Assembly (NCBI GenBank): GCA_964036045.1
Contig: OZ038378.1
Coordinates: 59,830,001 to 59,894,000, forward strand
Length of the DNA: 64,000 nt
From: Eutreptiella sp. 'Long Island Sound 2002'
Lineage: Eukaryota; Protista; Euglenida
Direction of reading: 5' to 3'
Shown: piece by piece, positions 1 to 13,332 of the stretch
Numbering within the stretch: position 1 is the first letter of the stretch
Layout of the letters: every line of letters begins with the position of its first letter
Program-made: the position numbers and the translations under genes
The notes under the pieces: generated by a model
Seen by the model: the letters and a program-made list of their open reading frames with translations, nothing else
What the model was told of the DNA's origin: nothing
Databases searched by the model: none

Positions 1-2415
1 AGGCTCGAAATGTGCTCCACTATCCGCCCCCGTCCGGGGGCCCGGTATTTCAATTTCGTGCAAACAAAGCTTTTTTGGAAAGCCTCGACCAGTAGCTCCC
101 CTCATAAGTTCAGCAATTCGATTGTAGGCCATTTCCTCACACCAACACGGCGATTTGAAGGCGCCAAATGTGCTCTACTAGCCTCCCCCGTCCACGGGCG
201 CACTGTTGCAATTTCTTGCAAGTAAGGCATTTTGGTAAAGCCCCGACCATTAGCTCTCACCAGAGTTTGATTTTAGGCTATTTGGTCACACCAAGCGTGG
301 AACCTAGAGGCTCGAAATGTGCTGGACTATCCGCCCTTGTCCAGAGCCCCACTATTTTAGTTTCCTGCAAACTAGGCATTTTTGTAAAGCCGCGGCCACC
401 AGCGCTCACCACAGGTTGATTTTAGGCTTTTTGCTGACACCAAGCCTCAGGTTTGTAGGACTGTTTCAGTTTCCTACAAACCAAGCATTTTGGTAAAGCT
501 CCAACCAAGAGCTCCCATCAAAACTAGATTTTACTGTATTTCCTCATAACAGGCTTGAGATCTGAGGGCTCGAAATGTGCTCCACTATCCGCCCACCCCC
601 CCCCCCCCCCCAAAGGGCGCACTATTTCAAGTGCATGCAAACAAGGCATTTTTGGAAAGCCTGCACCAGTAGCTCCCACCAGAAGTTGATTTTAGGGTAT
701 TTGCTCACACCAACACAAAGATGTGGAGGCTCGAAACGTCCTCGACTATCCGCCCTTGTCTAGTGGCCCACTGTTGCAGCTTCCTTCAAGAAAGGCATTT
801 TTGTAAAGCCCCGACCAGTAGCTCCCACCAGAAGTTGATTTTAGGCTATTTGCTCACACCAACGCAGAGTTGTGGAGGCTCAAAATGTGCTCTACTATTC
901 ACACCCATCCAAGGGCCGACTTCACCAGTTTCCCGCAAACAAGGCATTTTTGTAAAGACTCGTCCATTAGCTCTCACAACAACTTCATTTTAGACTATTT
1001 GCTCACACCAACAGAGAGATCTAGACGCTCGAAATATGCACCACTATGTGCCCTTGTCCACGGGCGCACTGTTAGAGCTTCCTGCTAGTAAGGCATTTGT
1101 GTAAAGCCCCGACCAATAGCACTCCCAAAAACTTGATTTGAGGCTTCTTGCTCACACCGGGCCTGACATCTGGAGGCCCCAAGGATGCTCCACTATCCAC
1201 CCCTGTATAGGGGCCCACCGTTTTACTTTCCTGCAAACCAAGAATTTTTGTAAAGCCCCGACAAGTAGCTCTCACCAAAAGATGATCTTAGGCTATTTGC
1301 TCACACGAGGCTTGAGATCTGGTAGCTCGAAACGTGCTCGACCATCCGCCCCTGTGCACGGGCCCACTATTTCAGCTTCCGGCAAACAAGGCCCCTTTGG
1401 AAAGCCCGGACTAGTAGCCTTCACCAAAAACTTGTTGGGTTTAGGCTATTTGCTCACACCAACACAGTGGTGTGGAGGCTCGAAAGCTGCTCGACTATCT
1501 GCCCCTGTCCAGGGGCCCAGTGTTTCAGTTTCCTACAATTAAAGCATTTTTGTAAAGCCCCCACCAGTCCCTCTCACCAGAAAGTGATTTTGGGCTACTT
1601 ACTCACAACAACATTGAAATCTAGAGGTTCGAAAGGTGCTCGACTATCCGCCCCTATCCAATAGCACACTGTTTGAGTTTCGTGCAAACGAGGCATTTTT
1701 GTAAAGCCCCGACCATTAGCTCTCACTCGACGTTCATTTTAGGCTATTTGCTCACACAAACCCTGAGATCCGGAGGCTCGAAATGTTCTCAACTATCCGC
1801 CCCTATTCGGAGATCCACTTTTTGAGTTTCCTGCAAACAAGGCCTTTTTTGCAAAGCCCCGACTAGTAGCTCTCACCAAAAAAAATTTCTAGGTTGTTTG
1901 CTCACACCAACACAAAGATGTAGAGGCCGGCAATGTGCTCAACTATCCGCCCCTTTCGAGGGGCCCACTGTTTCAATTTCCAACAAACAAGGCGTTTTTG
2001 TAAAGCCCCGACCAATAGCTCTCAGCAATATTTACTTTTAGGTTATTTTCCCACAGCAAGCCTGAGAACTAGAGTCTCCACATGTGCTCGATTATCCGCC
2101 CCTAACCGGGGGCCCACAATTTCAGCTTCCTGCAAACCAAGCATTTTTGGAAAGCCCTGACCAGTAGCTCTCACCAGAAGTTGATTTTACGCTATTTGCT
2201 CACACCAAGCCTGATATTTGCCAGCCCGGAATGTGCTTGACCATCGGCCCCTGTCTAGGGGCCCATTATTTGGGTTTCCTACAAACAAGGCATCTTTGGA
2301 AAGCCCCGACTAGTAGCTCACCAGAAGTTGATTTTTGGGTGTTTGCTCACACCAACACAGAAAACTGGTGGCTCGAAATTTGCTCCACTATCTGCCTCCG
2401 TCCAGACATAGGGTG
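1..2415 (+). repeat. Diverged ~150-bp tandem satellite, ~16 units (left arm)
   Basis: The motif ggctcgaaatgtgctcgactatccgccc...tttgtaaagccccgaccagtagctctcacc...ttttaggctatttgctcacacc recurs near 2, 160, 309, 567, 728, 878, 1027, 1175, 1325, 1477, 1626, 1775, 1925, 2071, 2222 and 2370. The spacing is ~149-150 bp with one irregular unit. Confidence 0.95.
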
Positions 2416-2449
2416 ATAGGCACAAACAAGGCAAATGGAACATTTTGTT

Positions 2450-5050
2450 GGCATTTCACTGTTCTTCTTTGTTAGCGCCACTGGCTTTGGTTTCGGGTTG
2501 GACAACGAGCAGGTGCAGTTCCCCCTTCCCACCCGGTGTCCCATCCAACATGGGGAAGGGCTCCATCCAACTCTTGGGGCGATGCCCTGCCCCCCTGACA
2601 TAGTCCAACACGGTGCGCACAGATGTCACTATCCTAAGGGGGAGGGAATCCTCCAACTTCCCCTCCCTGCCCCCCCGCCCTGCCCCTGTCCCACTACACG
2701 AGGAGTAGAGTCTAGGGGCGGTCTTCTTCTTCCTCCTCCTTCCCCTTTGCAGAGGCTGCCACCCTCCTCCTCTTGCCCTTCAACCTTGTAGAGGACACAG
2801 GGGCATTAGGGTCACACTTAGACGACTTAGTTTGAGATTCAAGCACAAGGGGGGTGGGGGCTCCCTTCCTCTTCCTCGGCTTTTCGTTATGGGCAGTGGC
2901 AGCCCCCCGGAGCCTGCGCTCCTTCGCCTTGAGGCCAGCACCCCCCTGCCTCTTCCCCCGACACGCCTCCCGCAGCCTCTCCTCTGCCCCTGGAAGCTTT
3001 TGAGCCTCCTCCTCAAATTTCCTGCACAGCAGCCTAACCTGGTCAATTGGCATCCTAAACTCCTTTATCACCCACTTCCGAACCTTGTCACTCACGACCA
3101 AAATAGAGCACATCCGGACACTAATTTCCCTTACAGGCAACTGCAGCAGAGCCATGGGCAAGGCGGGGGGAGGACCTCAAAAATTTCAACCCTTCCCAAG
3201 GTCCTCCGGCTGGTTACCCCAGCCTTGGTCTGCCAGGCCACCCCAAGGCGGTTGAAGCGGGCCTGCAGAGCCACCCATTCCTTACTCTTCTTGGTGCAGA
3301 GGTGCAGGTAGTACTGCACTTGCACCGCTACCACGGCCGCCTCCAACGCCGCGGCCACGAGCGCCATGGGGGGGGGAGCGGTTTTCACCTTCTTCTACTT
3401 CTGCTCCTTCTCCTTCGTCGGCTGCTGCTACGTCTGCTGCTGCTTCTTTTGCTGCTCCTTCCTCTGCTGCGGTTTATGCCGGTGCTGATGGAGGCTTTTG
3501 GGTCTTTTGGGGAGGCCCATAGGGGGAGTGTTCACGCTATTCCCGATGGTGATGGGGATGTTGTTGGTGTTGTTACCGCTGCCGATGCCGATGCGGCTAG
3601 AAGGCGGCCGGAGGAAATTAAAGGGCTAGCAGCGGTGGCGGCCCGAGCAGATTCACGGCAGCAATGGAAGAAGAGGAGATTGGTACAAAGAACCGGTGCA
3701 ACAAGAAGTGCATCCTCTGCGGACTCCCCAAACGCAAACACGACCACACATTTTCTTTTCTCAGCATCAACCCAATCACAATCCTTGTAGAGACCTGCGG
3801 CCCCCCGGCCAAGAATCCATCATAGCCATACGGGCGCGCTTCGGGGCCCTTTTTGAACTCTTGGGAGCAGGGGCCCAAAGAAACTCAATACCCCACAAAG
3901 GACTATTGGGGTGGTAAGTGGGCTGGCAGTCTGTTCGAAAAACCTCCCCTTCTAGTGGCAAAATTGTCTTTTGCCAAGTACCAGAGGGGGTCTCATCCCA
4001 GACCCTCCACCCCGCTTCCTCCCCCATAACCTTAGTGATGTGGGCTACTGCAAGAGTAGCCCGCGTGGCACTGTGGATTGTTGCCTGGGGGGGCTCACAG
4101 AAGGCATCATTTATAATGACGCACAGAACCTCAAAGGGGACATGGATGTAAGAAAGGAGGGGGAAGTTGACATTTGCGGTTATAATGTTGTTAACGTTTT
4201 TTTCACGTCCGCCTCCTTAAACCATGTCTTAATGTCTGTCTTTGTCCACTTTGTGTCCATAATCAGAGGGTCAGGGTGCGTGGACAAAATGGATTTCAAA
4301 AACCGAAAATAGGATCGCCGTCGTTCATTTGAGTCATCCCTGAACTTCCGGTCGGTATCATATTACATCCGGGCCAATGATGCACAGATTCCCGTATTGA
4401 ACCCCATACGAAGTTTCATGCTTGCTGAGCGTTGTTTTGCCTAGAGCCCTGCGTGTGGTGAACACACAAGTGTCTTCTTGGGTCGTTGGGCGAACTCTTT
4501 ATGCATTCGTGTTGCCAATAGTGTGTCCTTGGCATGAATAGTATATGTTTTTGGGACCACCTTATCGTAAAATGCCCGCAACATGCGGGGTTCAATTGTA
4601 TCTAATGGGCTATGGTGTAGGCACAGTGCAGCAAGAGCACGTTGGAGCTTAGATTGGGCATCACTGGGTTCCGGCAGTTGAACATTTGCTGAATCGGCAT
4701 CAATAAGGTCCCCCTCAAAAGCAAGATCTTAGGCGGAGGCGGAGGGGGAGGGGGGAGGGGGGGGCACATACAAAAAAGCACTTGCTTGGCTACCAGTGGA
4801 GATTTTCCAATCTGTTGAAAGGGGAAAGGCAGTTGGAAAAGGGGCATCTGTTGCAGCGACACACGTTTGAAGCACGCCCCTTTGGAGTGTCTGAGGGGAG
4901 CGAGAGAGGGATTTGTGCTGTAAATTGTGAAAGAATATGCCTGTTGGTAGCCTTGGTGTATGTACGCCACTATGCACACAGCACACTTCTGCAGCGCAGT
5001 ATACAATGTATACACATTCTATACACAACATGCGCCATGTTCAATGGCTG
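2450..5050 (-). pseudogene. Decayed protein-coding segment of unknown family between the two satellite arms
   Basis: Protein-like minus-strand frames are joined by stops and frameshifts: ...IEPRMLRAFYDKVVPKTYTIHAKD...RSYFRFLKSILSTHPDPLIMDTKW..., GEEAGWRVWDETPSG..., QVQYYLHLCTKKSKEWVALQARFNRLGVAW..., MEDSLPLRIVTSVRTVLDYVRG.... No family motif recognised. Confidence 0.4.
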
Positions 5051-5139
5051 ACACGCTACACGGTGGGCATCCTACACAATGCATAGTGCGCACTCTCCAC
5101 CATGAACGTTGCACACTCCTACGCCCATCTCACACCCAC

Positions 5140-8100
5140 CGCATGGTGGAGCATACTTGGGGCCTCCAGATCTCCGGCTTGGTGTGAGCAAAAAGCCGAA
5201 GATAAAGTTTTGGTGAGTGCTACTGGCCGGGGCTTTACAAAAATACGTTACTTGCAAGAAACTGAAACGGTGGGCCCCTGGATAGGGGCGGATAGCCGAG
5301 CCCATTTCGAGCCTCCATATCTTTGTTTTGCTTTGGGCAAAAAGCCTAAAATCAAGTTTTTGTGAGAGCTACTGGTCGGGGCTTTACAAAAATGCTTGGT
5401 TTGCAAGAAACTGGTACAGTGGGCCCCTGGACAAGGGCAGATAGGCGAGCACATCTTGAGCCTCCACATATCTGTGTTGCCGTGTGTGCAAAGCCTAAAA
5501 TCAACTTCCGGTGAAACCTGCTAGTCCGTGCTTTCCAACATTGCCTTTTTCGCAGGAAACTGACATAGTTGACCCCGGGAGAGGGGCGGATAGTCGAGCA
5601 CGTTTCGAGCCTCTTGATCTTTGTGTTGGTGTGAGCGAATAGCCCAAAATCTATTTTTGGTGAGAGCTAGTGGTCCGCACTTTCCAAAAATGCCTTACTT
5701 GCAAGACACGACAACAGTGGGCCCCTTCTGGTGCATGGATAGGGGTGTACAGTGGAGCATACGTGGGGTCCCCACATCTCATGCCTGGTGTGAACAACTA
5801 GCCTACAATACAATTATGGTGAAAGCTATTGGTGGGGGCTTTGCAAAAATGCTTTATGTGCAGGCAACTAAAACAATTGGCCCCTCGACACGGGCGGATA
5901 GTCGAGCGCATTTCGAGCCTCTAGATCTCAGGCGTGCCTTGAGCAAAAACCCTAAAATCAACTTCTTGTGAGAGCTAGTGCTGCGGTCGTACCAAGATGC
6001 CTTACTTGCAAGATACTGAAATAGTTGTCCCCTGGACAGGGGTGGATAGTCGAGCACATTTGGAGCCTCTCTGTTTGTGTGATCAAATAGCCTAAAATGA
6101 ACTTCTGGTGAGTGCTACTGGTTGGTTTTTCCAAAAATGCTTTGTTTGCAGGCCACTGAGATAGTGGGTCCTTGGACGCGGGCGGATAGTTGAGCACGTT
6201 TCGAGCCTCCGGATCTCAAGCTTGTTGTGAGCAAATACCGTAAAATCAACTTCTGGTGAGATCTACTGGTCGGGGCTTTTACTTGCAGGAAACCGCAACG
6301 GTGGGCCCCTGGACAGGGGAGGATAGTCAGGCACGTTGCGAGCCTCCACATCTTTGTGTTGGTGTGAGCAAATACCCTAAAATCAACTTTTCTTGAGAGC
6401 TACTGCTCGGGTATTTCCAAACATGCTTTTTTGCAAGAAATTGAAACTGTGGGCCCCTGGATGGGGGCGGATAGTCGAGCACATTTGGAGCCTTCAGATC
6501 TCAAGCCTCGTGTGAGCAAATAGCCTAAAATCAACTTATAGTGAGAGCAAGGTACTGGTCGGGGCTTTACAAAAATTCTCGTTTTGCAGGAAACGGAAAC
6601 AGGGGACCCTCGGACAAGGGCTGTTGGTGGAACACATTCTGAGCCTCCTAATCTTAGGCTTGGTGTGAGCAAATAGCCTGAAATCAACTTGTGGTGAGAG
6701 CTACTGGTTGGGGCTTTACAAAAATGCCTTGTTTGCAAGAAACCGAAAAAGTGGGCCCTTGCACGGGGGCGGATAGTCGAGCACATGCCGAGCCTCCAAA
6801 TCTAAGGCCTTGTGTGAGCAAATCGCCTAAAATCAACTTTTGGTGACATCTACTAGTCGGGGCTTTACAAAAATGCCTCGTTTGCAGGAAACTGAAACAC
6901 TGGGCCCCTGTACAAAGGCGGCCAGTCGAGCACCCTTGTGGCCGCCAGATCCCAGCCCTCTTTTGAGCAAAAACCCTAAACCAAACTTCTGGTGAGGGCT
7001 ACTGGTCAGGGCTTTACACATATGCCTACTTGTAGGGCACTGAAAAAGTGGGCCCCCGGCCATAGAGGATAGTCGAGCACATTTGGAGCCCCCAAATCTC
7101 TTTTTTGCTGTGCGCAAAAAGCCTAAAATCAAGTTGTTGTGAGAGTCACTAGTTGGAGCTTTACAAAAATGCTTCGTTTGCAAGAAACAAAAACAGAGGA
7201 CCCTTGCACAGGGGCTGATCGTCGAGCACATTCCGAGCCTCCAAATCTGAGGCTTGCCGTGACCAAATAGCCTAAAATCAAGGTCTGGTGAGAGCTAGTA
7301 ATTGAGGCGTTACCAAAATGCGTGGTTTGTAGGAAAGTAAAATAGTGGGCCTCTGGACAGGTGGGATAGTCGATCATACTTGCGGCCTCCAGATCTCAAG
7401 CCTGGTGTGAGCAAAAAGCATGAAGTCAAGTTCCGGTGAGAGCTACTAGTCGGGGCTTTACAAAAATGCTTTGTTTGCAAAAAACTGGTACAGTTGGCCC
7501 CTAGACAGGGGTAGATAGTGGAGCACATTTCGAGCCTCCAGATCTTTATCATTCTGTGCGCGCAAGGCCTAAAATCCAAATTTGTTGAAAGCTACTAGTC
7601 CGGGCATTTCAAAACTTCCTTGTTTGCATAAAACTGACATACTGGCCTCATGGACAAAGGCGGAAAGTCGAGCACATTTCCAGCCTCTGGATCGTTGTGT
7701 TGGTGTGAACGAATAGCCTAAATTCGAGTTTTGGTGAGAACTAATGGTCGGGGCTTTCCAAAAATGCCTTACTTGCAAAATACTAAAACCCTGGGCCTGT
7801 GGACAGGGGCGGATGGTCGAGCATATTTGGAGCCTCCAGATCTCAAGCCTGGTGTGCGGGAATAGCGTACCATAATCTTCTGGTGCGAGCTACTGGTTCG
7901 GGCTTTTCAGAAACTTCTTGGTTTGCAGGAAACTGAGAAAGTGGGCCCCTGGACAGGGGCGGATAGCCGAGAACATTTGGAGCCTTCAGATCTCAAGCTT
8001 GCTGTGAGCAAATAGCCCAAAATCAACTTCTCGTGAGAGCTACTAGTCCGGGCTTTACAAAAATTCCTTGCTTGGAGGAAACTCCTATAGTTGACCCCTG

Positions 8101-8248
8101 GATAGGGGCGGATAGTTGACCATACTTGGAGCCCCTAGATCCCAGGCCTAGTGTGAGCAATTAGCCTAAAATAAAGGTATGGTGAGAGCTACTGGTCGGG
8201 GGTTTACAAAAATGCCTTACTTGGAGGAAACGGAAACGGTGGGCCTTT
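5140..8248 (-). repeat. Same ~150-bp satellite in reverse orientation, ~21 units (right arm)
   Basis: Repeated ggtgtgagcaaatagcctaaaatcaacttctggtgagagctactggtcggggctttacaaaaatgcc is the reverse complement of the 1-2415 unit. Confidence 0.95.
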
Positions 8249-8249
8249 T

Positions 8250-9990
8250 TTGCTCTCCATTCCTCTACTCTCCTTAAGGGTACTCCTGATTACAATGTTT
8301 CACCGTGAGGTCGTTGTGGACTACTATACTGTACGGATTAGCGGTGATGTCCCCAAGTTGGAGGCCTTTGCAAGTATATGTCTTGTTCCTCCCCACCACT
8401 TTATGGTGTCGGGCTTTGTCATGAACTTCCAAGGAGCTACCCCTTTAGGCTGCAAGGAGCGAGAAAAGGTGCCCCGGCCCGCCTCTGGCACAGTGAGGGT
8501 TGTTCGGCGCCCAACGGACCCTTTGCCTGACACCCGGCCATTCAACCACCCTAGAGCCATCCTCGTGCACTCTACCTCCGGCATGAGCATGTTGTTCCAG
8601 CAGCACTCCTGCAAACCCTGGAACGCCTCTAACCAGAGGCACGTTGGTCTATGGTGGCACTTAGGCAACATAAACACCTGCATCTTCCTGCAGTAGACGA
8701 CTCCCTCACCAACATCAAGCTTTTGCCACAATTGGGCCATCTACTTCTCAAGAAAACCGGGCTAGTGGCTGCACAAGGTCGGCAGGCATCTCCACCACAA
8801 CACGCCACCTTAACCTTGGGCCTGTGCGTTGATGGTCACCAACCCCGCGGCCGCCCCGATATCAGCCCCAAGATAAGTCTGGTTGATTTTGAGGGACTCT
8901 AGTTCCCTCTTGTAGGCTCTGTGCCTCCTTGCACAGATATGATATCATGGTGGGAATGGCCCAAAACCGTGGATGCAGAATGGGTGCCTCATCGGGCAAA
9001 GGCCCTACCTGCATTGCCCTCATGTACATTAAAGCAACACATGAAATACCGAGGTGTTGAATACAACACTGCTATTAGGGTACAGTTTGGTTGCATCACT
9101 GCACACCACCACCATTTGTGGGCTGAATGTAAGCAGAAAGGGTGTGCGGCTTGTACATGGCTAAATAAGCACGGAGTGAAGCACCTCTCTTTGCACTGGG
9201 GGGGGGGGGGTTTGAAACAAGTTTGGGGGCCCCAAAAGTTTCACGGTCCTTCAAACTTAGAAAATGTATGTATCATACAGCCTGTGTTGCACAACACCAA
9301 GGGCAATGCATCCCGGCTGCTGAGTGTCATTGGGCGCACCCTCCCGCCTGAGTCGCAACACGAGTTGCTGCAAGGTATAGCCCATGTTGCAACAAGGTAC
9401 ACTGCTAGATTCCTGCCACCTGATAGCCGGGAGCACCGGCGTTTGGTGAGGGGTCGCTGGGATCAGCCTAACAGCCCGTGAGGCTCGGACAGTAATCGGT
9501 AGACTGGCAAGTGGTATGGTTCTGCCTCTGCCCTTTCACTCACTAGTTTTGGCGTATTGCCGCATGGTGCACCTTTGTTATGGTTGCACATAGTTGTCCA
9601 CTTGTCCATGACGTGCCAAGGGCTTGGCGTGCACATACATTGTGCACGTCATCCCTAAATTCGCCAGAGAGGGTTGCACTGCAACTATGCACCGGTGGAG
9701 CCGCACATGGTTCAACCCTTGCACCCCCGTGATGTTCTCAGATGAGGCAGGTCAGAGGGACTTGAGGGTTGCAAGAAGGTACGTGCATGTTACTAGTACA
9801 CAACGGGATGCCATTATTTCCGAAACTTTGAAAACGAGCTGTACCAAAAGTTCGTGCATAAAGCATCAAGTTCCTTCTGCCAAAATCTGGGCCCCTGTCC
9901 ATCGAAATGTTGTATTGGAGGCATGCATGGTGGCTGCCAAAGTACCGCAGCTCAATCTTTGCACGCTTGTTACACCATCTCTTTGAATTG
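8250..9990 (+). pseudogene. Degenerate Transib/RAG1-core-like DDE transposase remnant
   Basis: Motifs occur in RAG1/Transib order: LCVDG (D at 8831), an ITAH site where D2 is expected, CAAC (9143-9154), VLHNTKGNA (9284-9310; compare RAG1 ALHCDIGNA), WLHIVVH (9581-9601) and FAREG (9660-9674, shifted frame). ORFs 8651-8902 and 8921-9481 share one frame, separated by a single stop. The 5' end is truncated by the satellite. Confidence 0.5.
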
Positions 9991-10459
9991 CAAGCAGCAG
10001 CTGACTGTACTGTATTGATGCACATAGACACTTGCTCTGTAAAGTGCACCTTCGTGGGTGCCAAAGAGGAAGTGGATGTGTTTTGCGTGTGTGGGAGTTA
10101 TGGCGCAAAACGTGGCATGCGCAGGTAAGTGTCAGCCCAGCTGGAAGCTATCCAATGGTGGCCCACATGGGGTTTGAAAAGTGGCGCCCAATTTTAACCA
10201 TGTGTTGCACGTCGAAAGTCTCTGAAAAGAGGCAACGGAAAACAGGCTGCCGAACCAGCCCCTAACGCTAACCCAAATACTTCCTCCATTGGCATTGCAC
10301 CTCCATCAGAGGGGTAGGATAGTGGAGCCTCATTTTTGGGGCCCTGATGTACTTGCTACGGAACAACGTGTTCAGCCTGCACAAAAAGCTATGATGATGT
10401 GTATCCCCATTGTTGATAGTGACATTGAGCACCAACTAGTGGCACATGGTAGCAGCAAT

Positions 10460-10474
10460 AGCAGGAGTAGCAAG

Positions 10475-10505
<31 letters not shown>

Positions 10506-10522
10506 ACAAAAGCAGCAGCAGT
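10460..10522 (+). repeat. (AGC)n/(AAC)n trinucleotide microsatellite
   Basis: agcagcagcagcagcagcagcaacaacaacaaaagcagcagcag is seen directly. Confidence 0.85.
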
Positions 10523-13308
10523 GACAATAGTTGTGAACGTCCCTCTGGCGCCGGCTCAAATAATGGTGGGCAAGATGTATCCGGTGGCTGCACTGTTAGT
10601 GCCACCGATTCTGATTCGTCCACGCCATCAGGCAGCAACACAGAAACCCTATCGCGAAGCAAGATGTGGATGCCATGTCCAGCGATGCATGTCCCATCCG
10701 TATGCTAAGTGAAGGAGAGTAGAGCGATCGCACTTCAAGGTAAGTAAAAACATTATTCTTGCCTTTCTTTTTGGCATGTGTGTTTGCATTGCCTGGGTAT
10801 AACGGCATCTCTTATGGTACGCAAAGATATTGGAAACACACCTGGAAGTTGTCAAAATGGCTCGGAAAAACGCTCGGAAGTTTTGGCCGCGAAAGCGGCT
10901 CAAAAAAACGCAACCAACATTGGTAGCGATAACATGGGGACTTTCCGGCCAAGATGCCTAGGGACGCTCGGAAGAAATTTTCCATGCTAAGTTGCTTGCA
11001 ATTTTCGAAATTGACCGTGCGACATGAGTCACATTTGGTGAGCATACATGGGTGGCATTTTCAAAAATCCTAAGCAATATGAGTAGCTTTCCTCAGCGAC
11101 TTGTGGTGAAAAGGGTGGGTGTCAAAATGCTCAAGTGGCAAGAAAATGGGTAAACTTGGTTTGGTCCACCGTCCAATGTTTCTTTTTCTTGGTAGGAAGA
11201 GTTGGGAGAGCTAGTTCAAAGGCTAGGGCTCGCGGTACAATTTGTTTAGGTTTATGAGGCGGTGGGTGCAACGGGAATAGCATGAACGGAGTAGCTAGTG
11301 CTACAAGGGCTGTGTGCAAGTGTGGTGTGGCAACATACCCGGTAGCAAATTGAGGCATGGCCGACGGCAGCTTTTGGGACAATCCGCTTGAGTACATTGG
11401 TCACAATGAGGGGTGTGTTACCACGTCTCATATGGAAATGAACGCGGCTGCAGGGACAAGTTAGCGTCAAATGAGGAAGTGATGAGGATCATCAGTTGGT
11501 GTTAAGCGCATGTGGGGTAACGTGTGCGTATTGGAGTTGATGGAAGCACGGCCGTCCATCATTGGTGGTACGACCTTAGCATCCACATCGGGGTAGGGTA
11601 TTGGGTACCACACTCCCACCTTTGCTTGCTTCAGTGACTCGGAGCCATGGGTGCTATTTGGGGGGTAAGTTTTTGGAATCGGAGTGCACAAGATGCAAGT
11701 GGTTGGAGGGATGATCAAGTCAACACCGGTGGCGGGTCATGGGGGGGGGGGGGTGATTCGCGCAGTGCGCGAGCAATTCAACTATTTAGCCGTTTGGCCA
11801 TACTAGAAACCCATATTTTGTGATACTAGGGCGTCATTGTTGGTTGAAAACAAGTTTTTGATGCTTCTTCCACTACACATGAGTACAAGAAGGTTAAGCT
11901 GGAGAGAAGATAGAAGGAGTCTTTCTGGGTGCCTTGAGTGCCGAACAACGTGGTCCACACCGGCACCCAAGTCGACAAGTGGAGTCATCTGGGGTCACTC
12001 TCGAAGTAAGAATTTGCATGCTAACGATTTGGTACACATGCCGTTCAACACCAAACGTATGGAAGGACCCTACGAGCAGCTCAAGTTTGGGAACGACTTG
12101 AAGGAGGAGTAGTTGTAGTTGATGGCGAAGAATGGGAATGGGACGAAAGATTGGTGAATGACAAGGACTACAAGCCGACTATGCAATTGAAGCGCACACC
12201 CCTATTATGCCAAGTGTCACGTGTTTTGTCCATGGCAGTTTTGTGCACGTATATGGTGCACACCATGTTCAGCGCATTTTGCATATTTTGCACGTTGGCT
12301 TCACCCGTGTCCCTAGCGCCAAGTGCCATGCCTTTTCCGTGCTCTACAATTGGCTCTTCACATGTCCCTGTGCTACTTCTAGATGTCTAGTGTGGAAGTG
12401 GACCCCGGCTGCTGTCAACCACAATACCCTTCTTACTAGGTGTTGCATGAGTACCACCAGTACCAATAGCCGTATGAGGGAGACCGTTGGCCGTACCCAC
12501 TGTACATGTCACCCCCACCCCCACACATAGACATGCACAACTTCTACACTTGTATATTCGGTCCTATTTTGATTCCACGTGAGTCAGATGGGTTGGGCTC
12601 ACACACAATTATCATTGATCACAAGGTTAGAAAATTTCTTGAATTTTGCCACCCAAAAAGGTGGCAAGCCATCTCAAAACCACTAAAATTCCGAAGTCGG
12701 ACTATGAACTATTGTGCATCAAGTGCCGAAAAGATGGTCAACACCCGCAAACTCCGGGTGAAATCCAAGAGGTATTGAACCAACGAGCCATAACTCCCCA
12801 ACCCGACATGGTTACCAGAGGACAACAATAGCTATTATGTCAATCAACCTCGATCAGTTCAAGGTGCCATAGGGGGAATCCTTGCGCTTTGGGGATATGA
12901 CACATTTGTATTTTCACCCAATTCCACCTAGTTTTGCAATTTTTGACCTTTTTTCACACATGTTTTATGGGAAGCAAAGGGAGCTTGCACCTGTGTCGAG
13001 CTAGGGTAGCGGAGGTGGCCTGATTTTGAGACCGTTTGGAAGGGGTGAGCTTGGTGCTCTTCGGGGGGCGATGTAGTGTAAGAGTACCACCAAGGTCAGC
13101 GCGCACTGCATTGTAGAAGTAGCAAAAATGGAAGTAGGGCCAACGCAGGAGGAGGTATTAGCAACAAGAACAACCACAGAAGCACAACAGCAACAGTGAC
13201 GATAAGCAAAGCAAGGTGACAAAGCTGAAGAGCGCACCGAAGAAGTAGAAGGAGGAGAAGGAGAAGAAAGACTTAATCTCAAGAAAGGACGCTATTCAAG
13301 GTGGACAA

Positions 13309-13332
13309 ACACACACACACACACACACACAC
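13309..13332 (+). repeat. (AC)12 microsatellite
   Basis: A perfect AC run is seen directly. Confidence 0.95.

Noticed and set aside
1-8248. Many 60-135 aa ORFs in the 150-bp arrays
   Set aside because: These are translations of a diverged non-coding satellite, with no consistent frame.
10030-10270. PHD finger (FCVCG...KTWH) after the RAG1-like relic, suggesting a RAG2-like partner
   Set aside because: The Cys/His spacing is incomplete and spread over frames, and no kelch-like sequence is seen.
12640-12840. Gag zinc knuckle (CIKCRKDGQH) or chromodomain (EIQEVLNQR...TWLPEDN) of an LTR retrotransposon
   Set aside because: The motifs are short, incomplete and in different frames. No LTRs, RT or integrase are nearby.
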